Shown: positions 23,198-33,617 of the stretch, one piece after another
How the letters are laid out: the number at the start of each line of letters is the position of its first letter
How positions within the stretch are numbered: position 1 is the first letter of the stretch
Assembly: GCA_965112735.1 (NCBI GenBank)
Contig: OZ218964.1
Span: 1,798,001 to 1,862,000, forward strand
Source: Phaeosaccion multiseriatum
Taxonomy: Eukaryota; Protista; Ochrophyta, other classes
Length of the DNA: 64,000 bases
Direction: 5' to 3'
Position numbers and translations under genes: made by a program
The notes under the pieces: generated by a model
Seen by the model: the letters and a program-made list of their open reading frames with translations, nothing else
Told to the model about the DNA's origin: nothing
Database searches by the model: none

Positions 23198-25434
23198 ATG
23201 CCGTTGTCAAAGAGAAGGCGGCCACCCGAGGCGCCAGGCCTTGCGGGCAGGTACAGCGTGAAGCAACCAGAGCAGGCCTCGTCCGAGAGAGCTGCGCCTC
23301 CCCCGCGGCTTATTGCAAGGCTGAGGGCGTCTGGCAAGCTCCCACCAGACGACTCTGCCCGAGTTGCATGTGGCCCCTTGGGAGATACGCCTCCCGAAAG
23401 AGGCGATGCAAGAGAGGGAGGGGCCGAACTTCGTTTGGGGCGCACGGAGGGAGCCAGGCGGGACTCCACAGAAGGCTTGCAGGCGGAGAGTAAAGCCCAC
23501 GCTACTCCTCTACTGGACACGTCGCAGCAGGTAACTACGATTGTTCCCCAAACAACGGTGTTTGCTCCAGTTTGTGGGCCGTCGCAGCAGCGGCAGCCCT
23601 TCAAGCTCCGCTGTGTGAGAAGGGCCGAGGCTGCTGCGGCACGGGTGGCAGCCAAACAAGCCCCGGCCCCATTGGACTTTAAGCGGTCTGCTGAGGTGAG
23701 GCAGCATCACGACGACGAGGGACGGAGAGAGCCGGAGAGCCGTGATGAGCACCCCGAACAGCAGCTACAACAGGAAGAGGAGGTGGAGCACCGACAGGAG
23801 CAAAGACAGGAGCACCGGCAGCAGCAACAGCAGCAGAAAGAGGAGCAACAATCGCAATGGCAAGAGGGTGAAGCGCTCGACAACGACAAAGAACCCTCGG
23901 ACGACAGAGGGAAGACTCTGTGTATCTCCCCGCCTGGGTCCCCTGCTCCGCCCTGCTCTCCCACTCTGTCCCCCTTGACTGAGCTTATGGAGTGGTCAAT
24001 CATGCCTGAGCAGCACGTGGTCTCGCCTCCTCCCATTATAAGGCCTGCTGCCCGAAATAGAAGGCAAAGAGTCGGGGCGGGGCGTGCGAGAAGGACAGGA
24101 GGAGGTGCACATGCCAAGAGTTGCTCTGCCATGGTCGTGTCTGCCACCGGCGCCAGCAGAAAGAAGAGCCCCCAAGCTGGACGAGAATCACTCGGAGCTC
24201 GGCCTCGGTCTCGAGCGAAGGACATTCCGCCACGGCCAGCGTGGCACTTAGGCACAGCCGTCCCCCACACAGGGGACGTTCTGTCAGTCAAAGCGCGACT
24301 ACTACAGCGGCAGGCGCAACAGACCAAACAGACGAAGCGACAGCAGCAGCAGCAGCAGCAGCAGCAACAGCAACAGCAGCAGCAGCACCACCAGGGCACG
24401 CGTCAGCGCGAGTCACGGCGCTCACCCCCGCGAGAGCGGTGGACGAGCAGCAGCGGCAGGGGGCGAGGAGGAGCCCCACATGGGTACGCTTACAGCAAAG
24501 ACGAGCACACGCGTCTGAGTCGCAGTCTTCCGCCAGCTGTGAGCAAAAGGGGCCACAGAAGCAGTAGCAGTAGCAGTAGCACCAGCACCAGCACTGTCTT
24601 GAACGCTTGCCCGCCGCCGCCCCTCTGCTTGGACGAGGGAAGACCGCCTGCGTTTCCGGGCAAGTCAGCAAGAAAGAGGAGAGAAGGGAGGGCGCATAGT
24701 CTGAGCCCTACCCGGGCGGGGCCGCACGGCTTCAGCTCCAACAGCAGCCTGAGGGACGGGGAGGCAGTCACGCTTCTCGCTCTGTGGGCGGAGGGGGTGC
24801 CGGCCTCTGTTCAACACGATCCTGCACACGTTGCCCATATGCCCGCCAAGGAGCTGGAGCTGCTGCTCCGGCTTAATCTCGCCATTCAGCCGGTAAGGGA
24901 GGCGCGAGGAGGGATATGTGGTTCCTTTGAGTTGGGGAGGGGGGGAAGAGACCTTCCTCCTGTATTTATCTCTCACCACCCCTTTGTCATTTACGTATGT
25001 ATTTATGTTTCGGTGTCATGCGACAGGCAAGAGGAGGGGAGCCCGAAAGCGCAGTGGTTGTTGCTTTGCAGCGGTTTGCAGATTACCTGGACCGCGTGCT
25101 GCATTCCCACTCTCGACGCCTGCTGCTCTCCTCCGCCTACCCTTACGGGCCTTACATGGCGCTCCGACACACGCGCCCACAGGATCTGAAGCAGGTGAGC
25201 AGGCACAGCCCCCCCCCCTTCCCGCCCACACAGAGAGTCCATGCATGTGCCTGACTAACTGGAAACCACCCTCCCACGACAGGCGTTTGGCGAGCTGTTT
25301 GATGACGAGTGGGTGAGCGCTTTGCAGCAGCGCTTGGGGCGCTTCCTCGCAGCTTGCGGTGTTCGTCGCAGTGGGGCGCTCGTGGCGACGCCTACGATGA
25401 ATATTGGGAAGATACTTACCGTGTAGATATGTAA
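23198..25434 (+). CDS. Hypothetical protein, mostly low complexity, with a spliced ordered C-terminal region
   Basis: Long first exon to a GT donor at ~24892. Later exons encode RFADYLDRVLHSHSRRLLLSSAYPYGPY and AFGELFDDEW. No family recognised; 3' end approximate. Confidence 0.55.
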
Positions 25435-25658
25435 ATACACCACAGTGGTGGACGGAACGGTTTCGATCCGCTTCTTTTGCACCTCTCGCTAGCTCACACC
25501 ACTGCTGCTGCGAGAAAGCTTCCAAAGCTTCCCCGTAGCCCCCCCTCCGGAGCTAGGAAAGCCCGCCATGTGCTCCTCTCGCTCACATGAGAAGGAACAG
25601 ACTTCTCTCTTCTCTCGGTAAATTCTCACTCACTGTATGCTTGTAAACGACGGCGGGG

Positions 25659-26484
25659 TCAGCCGTCTTGTTCATCTCCCAGACAGGCTTGTACAGCTGC
25701 AATGGAGCAAGGACAAAAGGAAGGTGGTGTGTAATGATTGAGGGACACTGCTGGTAGCTTGCCCGAGCCAGACCTGACCCTCCGACCCCCCGATCCTCGC
25801 CCCCCCTCCTCCACGGACCTTCATGCATCAACTCGGGCATGAGGGGCTGCAGCCCGAGAGGCTCGGACAGAGTCCACGTCACGTGCGGGTGTCTCACCGC
25901 CGCCTCCCCCAGCAGTGACGGGATATCGGACGTGACGTGCCGGCCAGGAGACAGGAAGAACGGATGGAGGACCACGTGCGTGGCGCCTTGCTCCACGCAC
26001 TTGGTAAAGGCTTGGTCGATGGAGGGCTCAGCCAACTCCATGTGGGCGATTTCCACCGTACTAAAGGAGAGTGAGGTGTCGCTTCGTCCCTGTAGGCCAA
26101 AGCGCGAGAGAGCAAGAGGGAGTGTTATCGTCTGGTGTCCTACTGGGGGAAATAGTGATGCAAGTATGTCCTCACCTGGCCAAAGGCTAGAAACCTGTCC
26201 GCCACCTCCTGCAGCATGTCATTTGCCGTAGCCTTTCGCGAGCCATGGTCGCAGATGATAACGGCCACATTTCTCCCTTTCTCTGGCTGCTTCGAGCCCT
26301 CACCGCCCCCCGAGACACTGGACGCCAGGGCATTGTGTCGCTCACGTGCTTCTCGAGTTAATGTCGATCGTGAGAAGGCCACTGCGTGTAGCGGTGACCG
26401 CCCGCACTGTGCGATGAAGGCATGGGAGGAGGTCGCAAGCAATAGCAAGATGGACACAAAGACCTCTAAGAGTAGGTGCCCCAT
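25659..26484 (-). CDS. sirB: Sirohydrochlorin ferrochelatase SirB / CbiX-type chelatase, plastid-targeted, 3 exons
   Basis: Signal peptide ending SSHA-F; ICDHGSR, VEIAHMELAEPSI, HPFFLSPGRHVTSDIP, LSEPLG. Last exon AVQACLGDEQDG*. Confidence 0.9.
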
Positions 26485-26633
26485 GCGGAAGAAAGAAGGT
26501 GGCTCGACGGGGGAGGTGGAGGATTGGAATAAGTCAACGACAGTCGTCGGAGCGGACGTTACCTTTTCTTCCACCTGTATCGGTCCTTCTCCATCGACAT
26601 GGATGGTGTGAGCAAAGAAGCAGCAGGGTGATT

Positions 26634-28561
26634 ATGAAGAGTGTGAAGGAGATGCTGGCGAGATGTGACAGGGAACTTGCCTGCTCGCAGCAGGACCTGA
26701 CGAGGGTGTGGAATGCGATGGTCCATACAGTGGGGGAAGCCCTCGACGTGGGGAGAGGTGTCATTCTCCCTGACTTTGGTAGTATAGTATTCCTTGTTCC
26801 CTCTGAAAGAGAAGGTACCAGCGCCAAGAAGAAGGGGTGCGTGTTTCTCCTGAGCAACAAGTTCGCGGGCCAGTACGGAGCCCGCAGCTCGAAGATGGGG
26901 AGGAGCCTGCTTTCGCCTTCCAGACCGGTGAGCGAAGCAGGGCATTGAGCCCGACCTTCGACCCAATCATGCGATTCTAATCCTTTCTTCTTTGCCGCGT
27001 TTCCCAGCTGCCTCTGTCCAAGATTTCTGCACTGAGTGGCTTGTCAAGAGACCACGCGAAGGATGCTCTAGCGGCCATCTTTGACTGCATAGGGCGGGCT
27101 GTGCGTCGAGGTGCGGACGTCCGCATTGGCTTTGGCAGAGTAGGCACCTTCGCGTGCCATGCTCGGTGCATAAGTTTCCGCTTCAAAAATGGTTTCGCCA
27201 GGGAGCTCACGGCTATGTCTGGTCCGACGGCCGATATCGACAAGTACGTCACACAGGCAGTGAGTGCGCTCAACCCAGCGGCCGAGAGGAAGAATCGGGC
27301 AGTCACCGCGAGGACTGCCTTTCGCGAGGAGGAGCCTCCACGAAGCTGCCGTAGCGCGTGGTCGGAGCGCCGCAGGGCTGCAAGTGCGGTGGGGAAAGCA
27401 GCAACAGCAGCAGCAGAAGCAGAAGCAGCGGAAGCTCCAGCAGTACGAAGAGAAGAGGGCCCGCTCCAGGACACTTCTCCTGGCCAAGGTCGCTCTTCTC
27501 GCAGCTCACGGCGAGCACCATTTGAAAACCCGGAGGTGGACTCTACAGCCAGCAGGTACGCGCCTACATACAGCCAGCCAGCCTCCCCGTTGTCGTCGTC
27601 GTCGTCGTCGTCGTCCTCCTCCTCCTCCTCCTCCTCCTCCTCCTCCTCCTCCTCCTCCTCCTCCTTTGGTTCTCGCCTGCCCGTTAAGCAAGCCCAAACG
27701 AATGATTTGCATTGTCTCGGACCCACAACAGCAGTGACAGGGGAGCCTCAGGCTCTCGCGGGCTCTTTCCCACGTGCATCCCCCGGTTGAACCACGGCTG
27801 CATGGCACTTCGGGTAAGAGGAGGAGTGAGACATGTTTGCATGGTTGAGAGCAAGTATGACCACTCGCTCCACTCCCTGCTCCTCTCATGTAGCCCACAA
27901 AGGCCGCGGAAGCCACCTCGGTGGAGGCAGGAAAGCGCTTTCGAGAGAAAGTTACGCGCCACCGCCAACGAGAAGAGAAAATACTCAAGGAAGGGAGGGA
28001 GAACCTGCAGATGCAGTGGGGAAAGTACGCAGACGACCAAGAGCAGGAGCAAAAAAAGAGGATCGAAATACTCAAGACCATCACGGTAGGACAAAGGAAG
28101 GGCGGATCGTGATTCTTTAGCAAGCCCCCGGTTGATATATGTATACATTCATTTGAGCCTTCCCTTCGCTTCCCTTACTTTCATGCCTCCACCCCCAACG
28201 AGAGTAGGAGCAAGCTCGAGAACAGCGCCTCTCTCGGAAGAAGGACGAAGAGGACCAAAAGAGAGACGCGGCGAATGGAGGGTCCTTCCACCCCGGGGTG
28301 GGCACGGGCAACATCCTGGAGAGAGAAGCGAGGCAAAGGAGGGCGTGGTGCGCGACCTTGGGCAGCCAGGTGGAGGCAAGGAGAGAGCACAGGAGGGTCG
28401 AGGAGGGAGCTCGAAAAGCCGCGGAGGCCTACATGATGAGTGCTCTGGACAAAGAGATTACCGTAGATAGGATTAGAGAGTTCAAGGTGAGCAAGTGGTT
28501 TCTGGGTTGTGGTTCGTGGTTGGAGAGGGAAGGCAGTGATTCTGTTTCGCCAACCCGCCCC

Positions 28562-28605
<44 letters not shown>

Positions 28606-28813
28606 CTCTTTTCTTCTCTCGTCCGTTTCATGTCCCTTTCTCTCTCTCTTTCTCTCTCCTCATCGTGGTCCGTCCTGGTCTGTCTTGTCCTTTCCACAGG
28701 TGGCCCAAGAGGACCGCCGCTTCATGGCCGCAGCGTGGAAGGCACAAGCCGCGGGGGCGGAGGAAATGAGAGAGGCCCGACGGGAGGGAATGCTCGACAA
28801 AGTCTGTAGCTAG
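26634..28813 (+). CDS. CCDC81-like protein (two HU-like domains plus coiled coil), multi-exon
   Basis: VWNAMVHTVGEALDVGRGVILPDFGSIVF...VFLLSNKFAGQYG and LSKISALSGLSRDHAKDALAAIFDCIGRAVRRGADVRIGFGRVGTF resemble the eukaryotic HU-CCDC81 domains. Later exons are coiled-coil. Confidence 0.75.
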
Positions 28814-29434
28814 TTGGGACGAATAACCAACGTCGGTAGGACTGTAACTGAGGCCCAGCGCGGGCAGCAGCAATGTATGTAGAAGATTAGAGGGGGGTTG
28901 GAAGAAGAGCTACATGAGGTACATGCCCAGGTCCCTGGCCTGTGCGCTGCTGCGGCTGCTAACCACTGAGGCTGCCGCTCGCCTAGTTGAGCGAGTGAGC
29001 GACGCTAAGAATCAAACGATCCACTGGTCAGCCATCTCAGAGCCCCAAAGAGGCCGGGAAAGGAAGCTTGTGTCGTGGCTGCATGACTGCCAACAGCGAT
29101 TCATGCAGAGCACGTGTTGCTGGTGGGCTGGACGGCTGGTGGACTGGCACCGGACTGTGGAGTAACGGTGGAAGACTCGCGCGTTTCCACTCCCCGTCTC
29201 CGAGCTATGAAAGAGAATTCCCACCAATCGATCCTCTTCGTCACCGGAAGGCCCCTGGGCGCATCTGAGCCTTTTGTGGGTTGGAAGGGTGTAAGGGAAG
29301 ATCAGGAGACTACTCTACAGCGTACTCCTCTCCAGACCATTCAGGCCAATCGGTCAGACCCTATGAGTTAGGCGCACTCACCACTCACCCACTCTCCCGC
29401 TCAGTCGCTCACGCACGCACTCACGCACCCACTC

Positions 29435-29578
29435 TCGACCCCCGACACGCTATCGCCCACTTTCTTGATAGCGCGCGGGCTGGCGCCGGCCGATAGCGGA
29501 TAGCGAGCCGGCTGGCGCCGGCCGATAGCGGATAGCGCGCCGGCGATAGCGGATAGCGGATAGCGTGTCAGGGGTCGA
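29435..29578. mobile_element. MITE-like element, 144 bp
   Basis: 20-bp TIRs TCGACCCC(C/T)GACACGCTATC with one mismatch, flanking direct CCACTC, and eight GATAGCG copies on the + strand. Confidence 0.65.
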
Positions 29579-29872
29579 CCACTCTCTCGCTCAGTCGCTC
29601 GCGCACTCACCCACCATCTCGCTCACGCACTCACCCACCCTCTCTCTCTCACTCGCTTACCGACTCACTCACTCACTCACTCACTCACTCACTCACTCCT
29701 CATACAGGGCGCCGCTGGTCCCTCTATTGCGTGCACTACGCGTGATACCGCGCACTCTCACACGCTCCCAGGATCCAGTTGGATTTTCATTGACATACTT
29801 CTCCCCTGCTCTCCTCTCCTCTTCTCTTCACAACCTTTGTCCCCTTAGTATCTTGAACCCTGTGCCGCCGAG

Positions 29873-30433
29873 ATGCCCGATGTTGAGGCGGTGGCAGTGG
29901 AAGCCGCCATTTGCCTGGGCATCCTGGGGCTCACCTTCACTCTGCATCTTGTAACCGGTTTAGGGCCCCTGTTCGACGATATGGTTAACCAGCCGCCTGC
30001 ACTTCACTTTATCCGCTTGGCGCTGAGCGCCCTCGGGGTGTACATTTGCTGTAGGCTAGGGTGCGCGTCCATCACAGCTGCGGTAAGCAAGAGCAGCGCG
30101 GCAGGGCGAGGTGCAAGCTCCAAGAGCGCGAGAGTGCTGGCTCTAGTCTTGGTGTCCTCTGTGGGAGCTTCGATTGCTATTGGAGCCATGCCTGGGGCGC
30201 TGAGGGAAAGCTTGTCGCGGTCATTATGGTCTGGTGGGGTGACGGTGTGGCTTCAGCAGCTGAAGAAGGAGCGACTGGTGGAGGAGCGCAACTGGGCGCT
30301 GCGGCTCTTGCTGTTACTGTTGGTGGCGGAAGCGGCGTTCAGGGCAGTCTCTGGCTGTATTACGCAGGTGTGGTTGCAATATTCCCGGAGGCCCCGAAGG
30401 AGGTACCACAAGCTCGCCGAGGAAAGGCAGTAA
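29873..30433 (+). CDS. Hypothetical membrane protein (186 aa, ~4 hydrophobic segments)
   Basis: ATG-initiated single-exon ORF with several TM-like stretches; no family recognised. Confidence 0.6.
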   Translation: MPDVEAVAVEAAICLGILGLTFTLHLVTGLGPLFDDMVNQPPALHFIRLALSALGVYICCRLGCASITAAVSKSSAAGRGASSKSARVLALVLVSSVGASIAIGAMPGALRESLSRSLWSGGVTVWLQQLKKERLVEERNWALRLLLLLLVAEAAFRAVSGCITQVWLQYSRRPRRRYHKLAEERQ

Positions 30434-30862
30434 CAGCAGGAGCAGGAGGAGGAGCAGGAGGAGGAGGAGGAGGGGATTCTACTTATGTGTAGAGGTGCTG
30501 CTCTAGGAAGCCAGTCAAGAGACTTGCCACAGGGAATCGAATGACAATGGCTGGACTTTGCGGCAGCACCCACCAGCAGCAACCGGCACTAGCAGGACAA
30601 CAGGGGGCCATCCAAACCGACCCTGTTTTGTGTTTTGTGCACTATTGCTTCGCGCAAAGGGAGAGCAGCACTTGGCTCCTGCTGCCCATGTATATATTGC
30701 CACAGACCCCAGATACGCTATACATTTATACAATTGAGGTGTATGGCTTCTTGCCTCTTCCCTGCGACCTCCAGCAGTTCACTTCATCTTCACCATTTCC
30801 CTCCTTCAGAGGAGACCAAAACTGAAACACCGTCACCACTTCGTTTGTAGGCTGTTGAAGTG

Positions 30863-32195
30863 CTACAAAAGCACTCGTTCCCATTCCATTTTTCGGCCGC
30901 TGCCGTCCTCCTTGTTCTCTCTCTCTCGGAATGTTTCGACTACATCGAGGCTCTTTTTATACACCCTCAGCTGCTCCGGTGAGACAAGGGAGGGACAAGA
31001 GACAGCGAAGGGGCAGGACGATGATCAGAAGGTGCGGGTTGAAAGAACGTCCTGCCTCACACGAGAATCCTTACCTTTCCCTTCTGATATCTGTGTCAAG
31101 GCGCGTTCACGTACAGCAGGGTAAAGGGAGAGAGGGAGGGAGGAGGAAGCAGGGAGAGCAAGGGAGTAACCAGCGGAGTGAGTGAGAGAAGCATGTGAGT
31201 GAGGGAGAGAGGGGGTAAGTGAGAGGGAGGGCGAGCGAGATGAGGGAGAGGAGGGGAATGTGGGATGGAGGGAGAGAGAGGAAGGGAGGAGGGAGTGAGG
31301 GAGAGAGGGCAAAAGCGAGAGAAAGGTGAGGGAGGGAGGGAGGGAGGGAGGGAGGGAGGGAGGGAGGGAGGGAGGGAGGGAGGGAGAGAGGGAGAGTAGG
31401 AGAGGGACGCAGCGAGAGGGAGGGAGGGACAGAGTGGGAGGGAGGGAGTGAGGTAAGGGCGAGGACAAGAGGGAGGAAGGAGGGAGACGAGAGGAGGGAG
31501 GGAGAGAGAGGGAGGTGGGAAGGGAGGGGGGGAGAGAGCGAGAGGGAGAGGGAGGCATGGAGGCAGGCAGGGAGGGTCGTAGCGCGTCACTGAGAGGACC
31601 ATGAAAGACTTTGCATACAGAAGAAAGGGAACTCACTTGTAGTGCGATATCACTCTCCGCACTTTGTAAACTTCCATTTTATGGGCGATTTTGTCTCCGA
31701 CTTTGGTGAGTGGATGGAGTGGGAACGTGCCGACGAGTGTTCGAGTGGGGCCGCTATCATCATACATGTCGTACACCTCGAAGGGTAATTCGTCCCGATT
31801 GTCCTGAGAGGGGGCAAGAGGGCTTTGGTGTTAGACAAAAGAACGGTGCTGGCTCTGTGACTCCTCCTTTTTTCTCCTCTCGCCTTTCAAACTAACGCCC
31901 CCCCTTTCCCCCCATCATAAGCACTCACTATTGGGACATGTTTGGGTTCTTTCTTCTTCTGCGTTTCTCTCTTCTTGTTCTTGCGATACGTTGTCGCATC
32001 TTCCCACGCTTCCTTTGCTTCCAGCAGCTCCTCTCCCGCCTCTCCCAAAACGTGTCCCGCCTCTCCCTCGTCCACTTTCCCCCTCACGCTGCTCGACACC
32101 GGTCTGCGCACCACAGGGGAGATGATGGGCGCAAAAGAGGAGCATAGAAGGGCCTTGCCCAGTAGCAAACAGCACCAAACCAGAATGCAATGCAT
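30863..32195 (-). CDS. Plastid-targeted conserved hypothetical protein (resembles cyanobacterial DUF6464 N-terminal region), 4 exons including a 16-nt microexon
   Basis: Exons 32195-31929, 31803-31637, 31090-31075 and 30970-30863 join in frame at GT-AG sites. Signal peptide + SS-FAP. Core DNRDELPFEV...LVGTFPLHPLTKVGDKI...YKVRRVISHYKYQKGKLRVYKKSLDV. Confidence 0.75.
31125..31575. repeat. Purine-rich (GGGA/GA) low-complexity intron
   Basis: Directly visible. Confidence 0.9.
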
Positions 32196-32311
32196 TGGAA
32201 GGGGGTGGACTGAGGTGGAGACGATTGAGTAAGCCATTTGTGAGTGGAGCACCAACTCACATAGTGAGCGACGCACCTCGAGGGGAAATAAAAACCCCCG
32301 TTCTTTCCGAT

Positions 32312-33090
32312 ATGAATCCCCATCAGCCGCCGCTACACCATCAGCCAGAGGAGGAGCTTCTGCAGCAGGCTATCGTCAAGCTTCCATGCGGCAAGGTATC
32401 AGAACCTGAGGAAGGGGGGAGCCCTCAATCTCTCGATATCCTCCCCTCGTGCTACCCCCCGCTTCTCCCTCTGCCTCTCCTTCTTTCCCCCGTCGCTCTC
32501 TTTGCCGGTGGCTCGCTCTCTGCCGTTAACTCATCGTATCTTTTGATTGTTTATTTACTTTATCCCAACCCTCAGTCAGTAGTTCTGCTGATTGCACCAA
32601 CAGAGACCGTGGGTGATGTCCAGAAGCGAGCGGTTTTGTGCTTTGAAGGGGCTGCAGGCTTGCTCCCACCGGCCCGCTTCCGTAGCCGCTCCAGGAACTA
32701 CTATATGCGAGACGGCTCTCACGTGCTCCGGGAGGACTCGGCGTGCCTCAGGGTCGGATGCCTGCAGCCCACAGGTCACATCAACTTGAGCCTTCATGGA
32801 AGGGAGAGAGGGGGCTGCTTCGTACTGAGCTTCTCCATCCTCTGCATCCTCGCCATGGCGGCGGGTAAGTGTGAGAGCAGGAGGAGGAGGAGGAGGAGGG
32901 GAAGAGGCAGAGCCCCAGTGGAGGCTGAGCTGGCCTCTCAGATCGTTGTTAATTCTCCGCCCCCCTTGCCGCTGTTGTGCTTCCCTCTCGAACCCCTACA
33001 GTGTCGAGTGTGTGCACGTGCGGGCTCTCTCTGTTCCTCTTCCCCCTCCTGGTACCTTGGCTGTTTGTGCTGCCCTTGTTCTTCTTGTGA
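32312..33090 (+). CDS. Ubiquitin-like domain ending RERGG fused to a Cys-containing hydrophobic C-terminal peptide, 3 exons
   Basis: Exons 32312-32395, 32576-32864 and 33002-33090. AIVKLPCGKSVVLLIAPTETVGDVQ...INLSLHGRERGG then CFVLSFSILCILAMAAVSSVCTCGLSLFLFPLLVPWLFVLPLFFL*. Confidence 0.75.
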
Positions 33091-33437
33091 GCGGTAGGAG
33101 CTGTGCCCTCATTTTTGCCTGCGTAAAGGGCCTTGTGCGCTGGCCCAGTTCTGCCCATTTCTTGTATATTAGCCACACCCCTTCCAGATGAGAAAGTTGT
33201 CTTTTCTCGAGTTTTGATATAGTAAAGGAGTATACTTATGGCCAAGCATTGTAAATATCTAAATTTTAAGTAGGGCCTAACAAGCAAGGACAGAGAAAAA
33301 AAAAAAGGGTATTGTAATGTATTTTTACACAGCAATTCATCTCTGAGTGTCTCCGCTCCTTAGCCTGTGGCCGAGGCGAGCAAGCTCTCTTGGTCTCTCC
33401 TTCGGCGCTCTGGCCATCCCGCCTGTTATACTTAACC

Positions 33438-33494
33438 ATGACGACGCGGATGTTACCATGGATGAAATGAACAGCGACCTTGGAGCAGAAGCAA

Positions 33495-33546
<52 letters not shown>

Positions 33547-33574
33547 TTCTGTCCAGTGGCGGTGAGTGAGTGCG
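33438..33574 (+). pseudogene. Diverged copy of exon 2 of the downstream OTU gene
   Basis: Reads DDADVTMDEMNSDLGAEATAAVAAAA versus DNADVAMDEVDSAPGEEATAVAAAA at ~38348-38425; both are followed by gtgagtgcg. Confidence 0.7.
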
Positions 33575-33617
33575 TTTGGATGACAGGACACCCACAGACT
33601 GAATAGCGCCCTCGCAG

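Noticed and set aside
28914-29371. Short ORFs suggesting a transposon relic
   Set aside because: No transposase or reverse transcriptase motif recognised.
29460-29570. CRISPR-like or telomere-like repeat
   Set aside because: Units are 7 bp with duplicated spacers inside TIRs; eukaryotic context with no cas genes.
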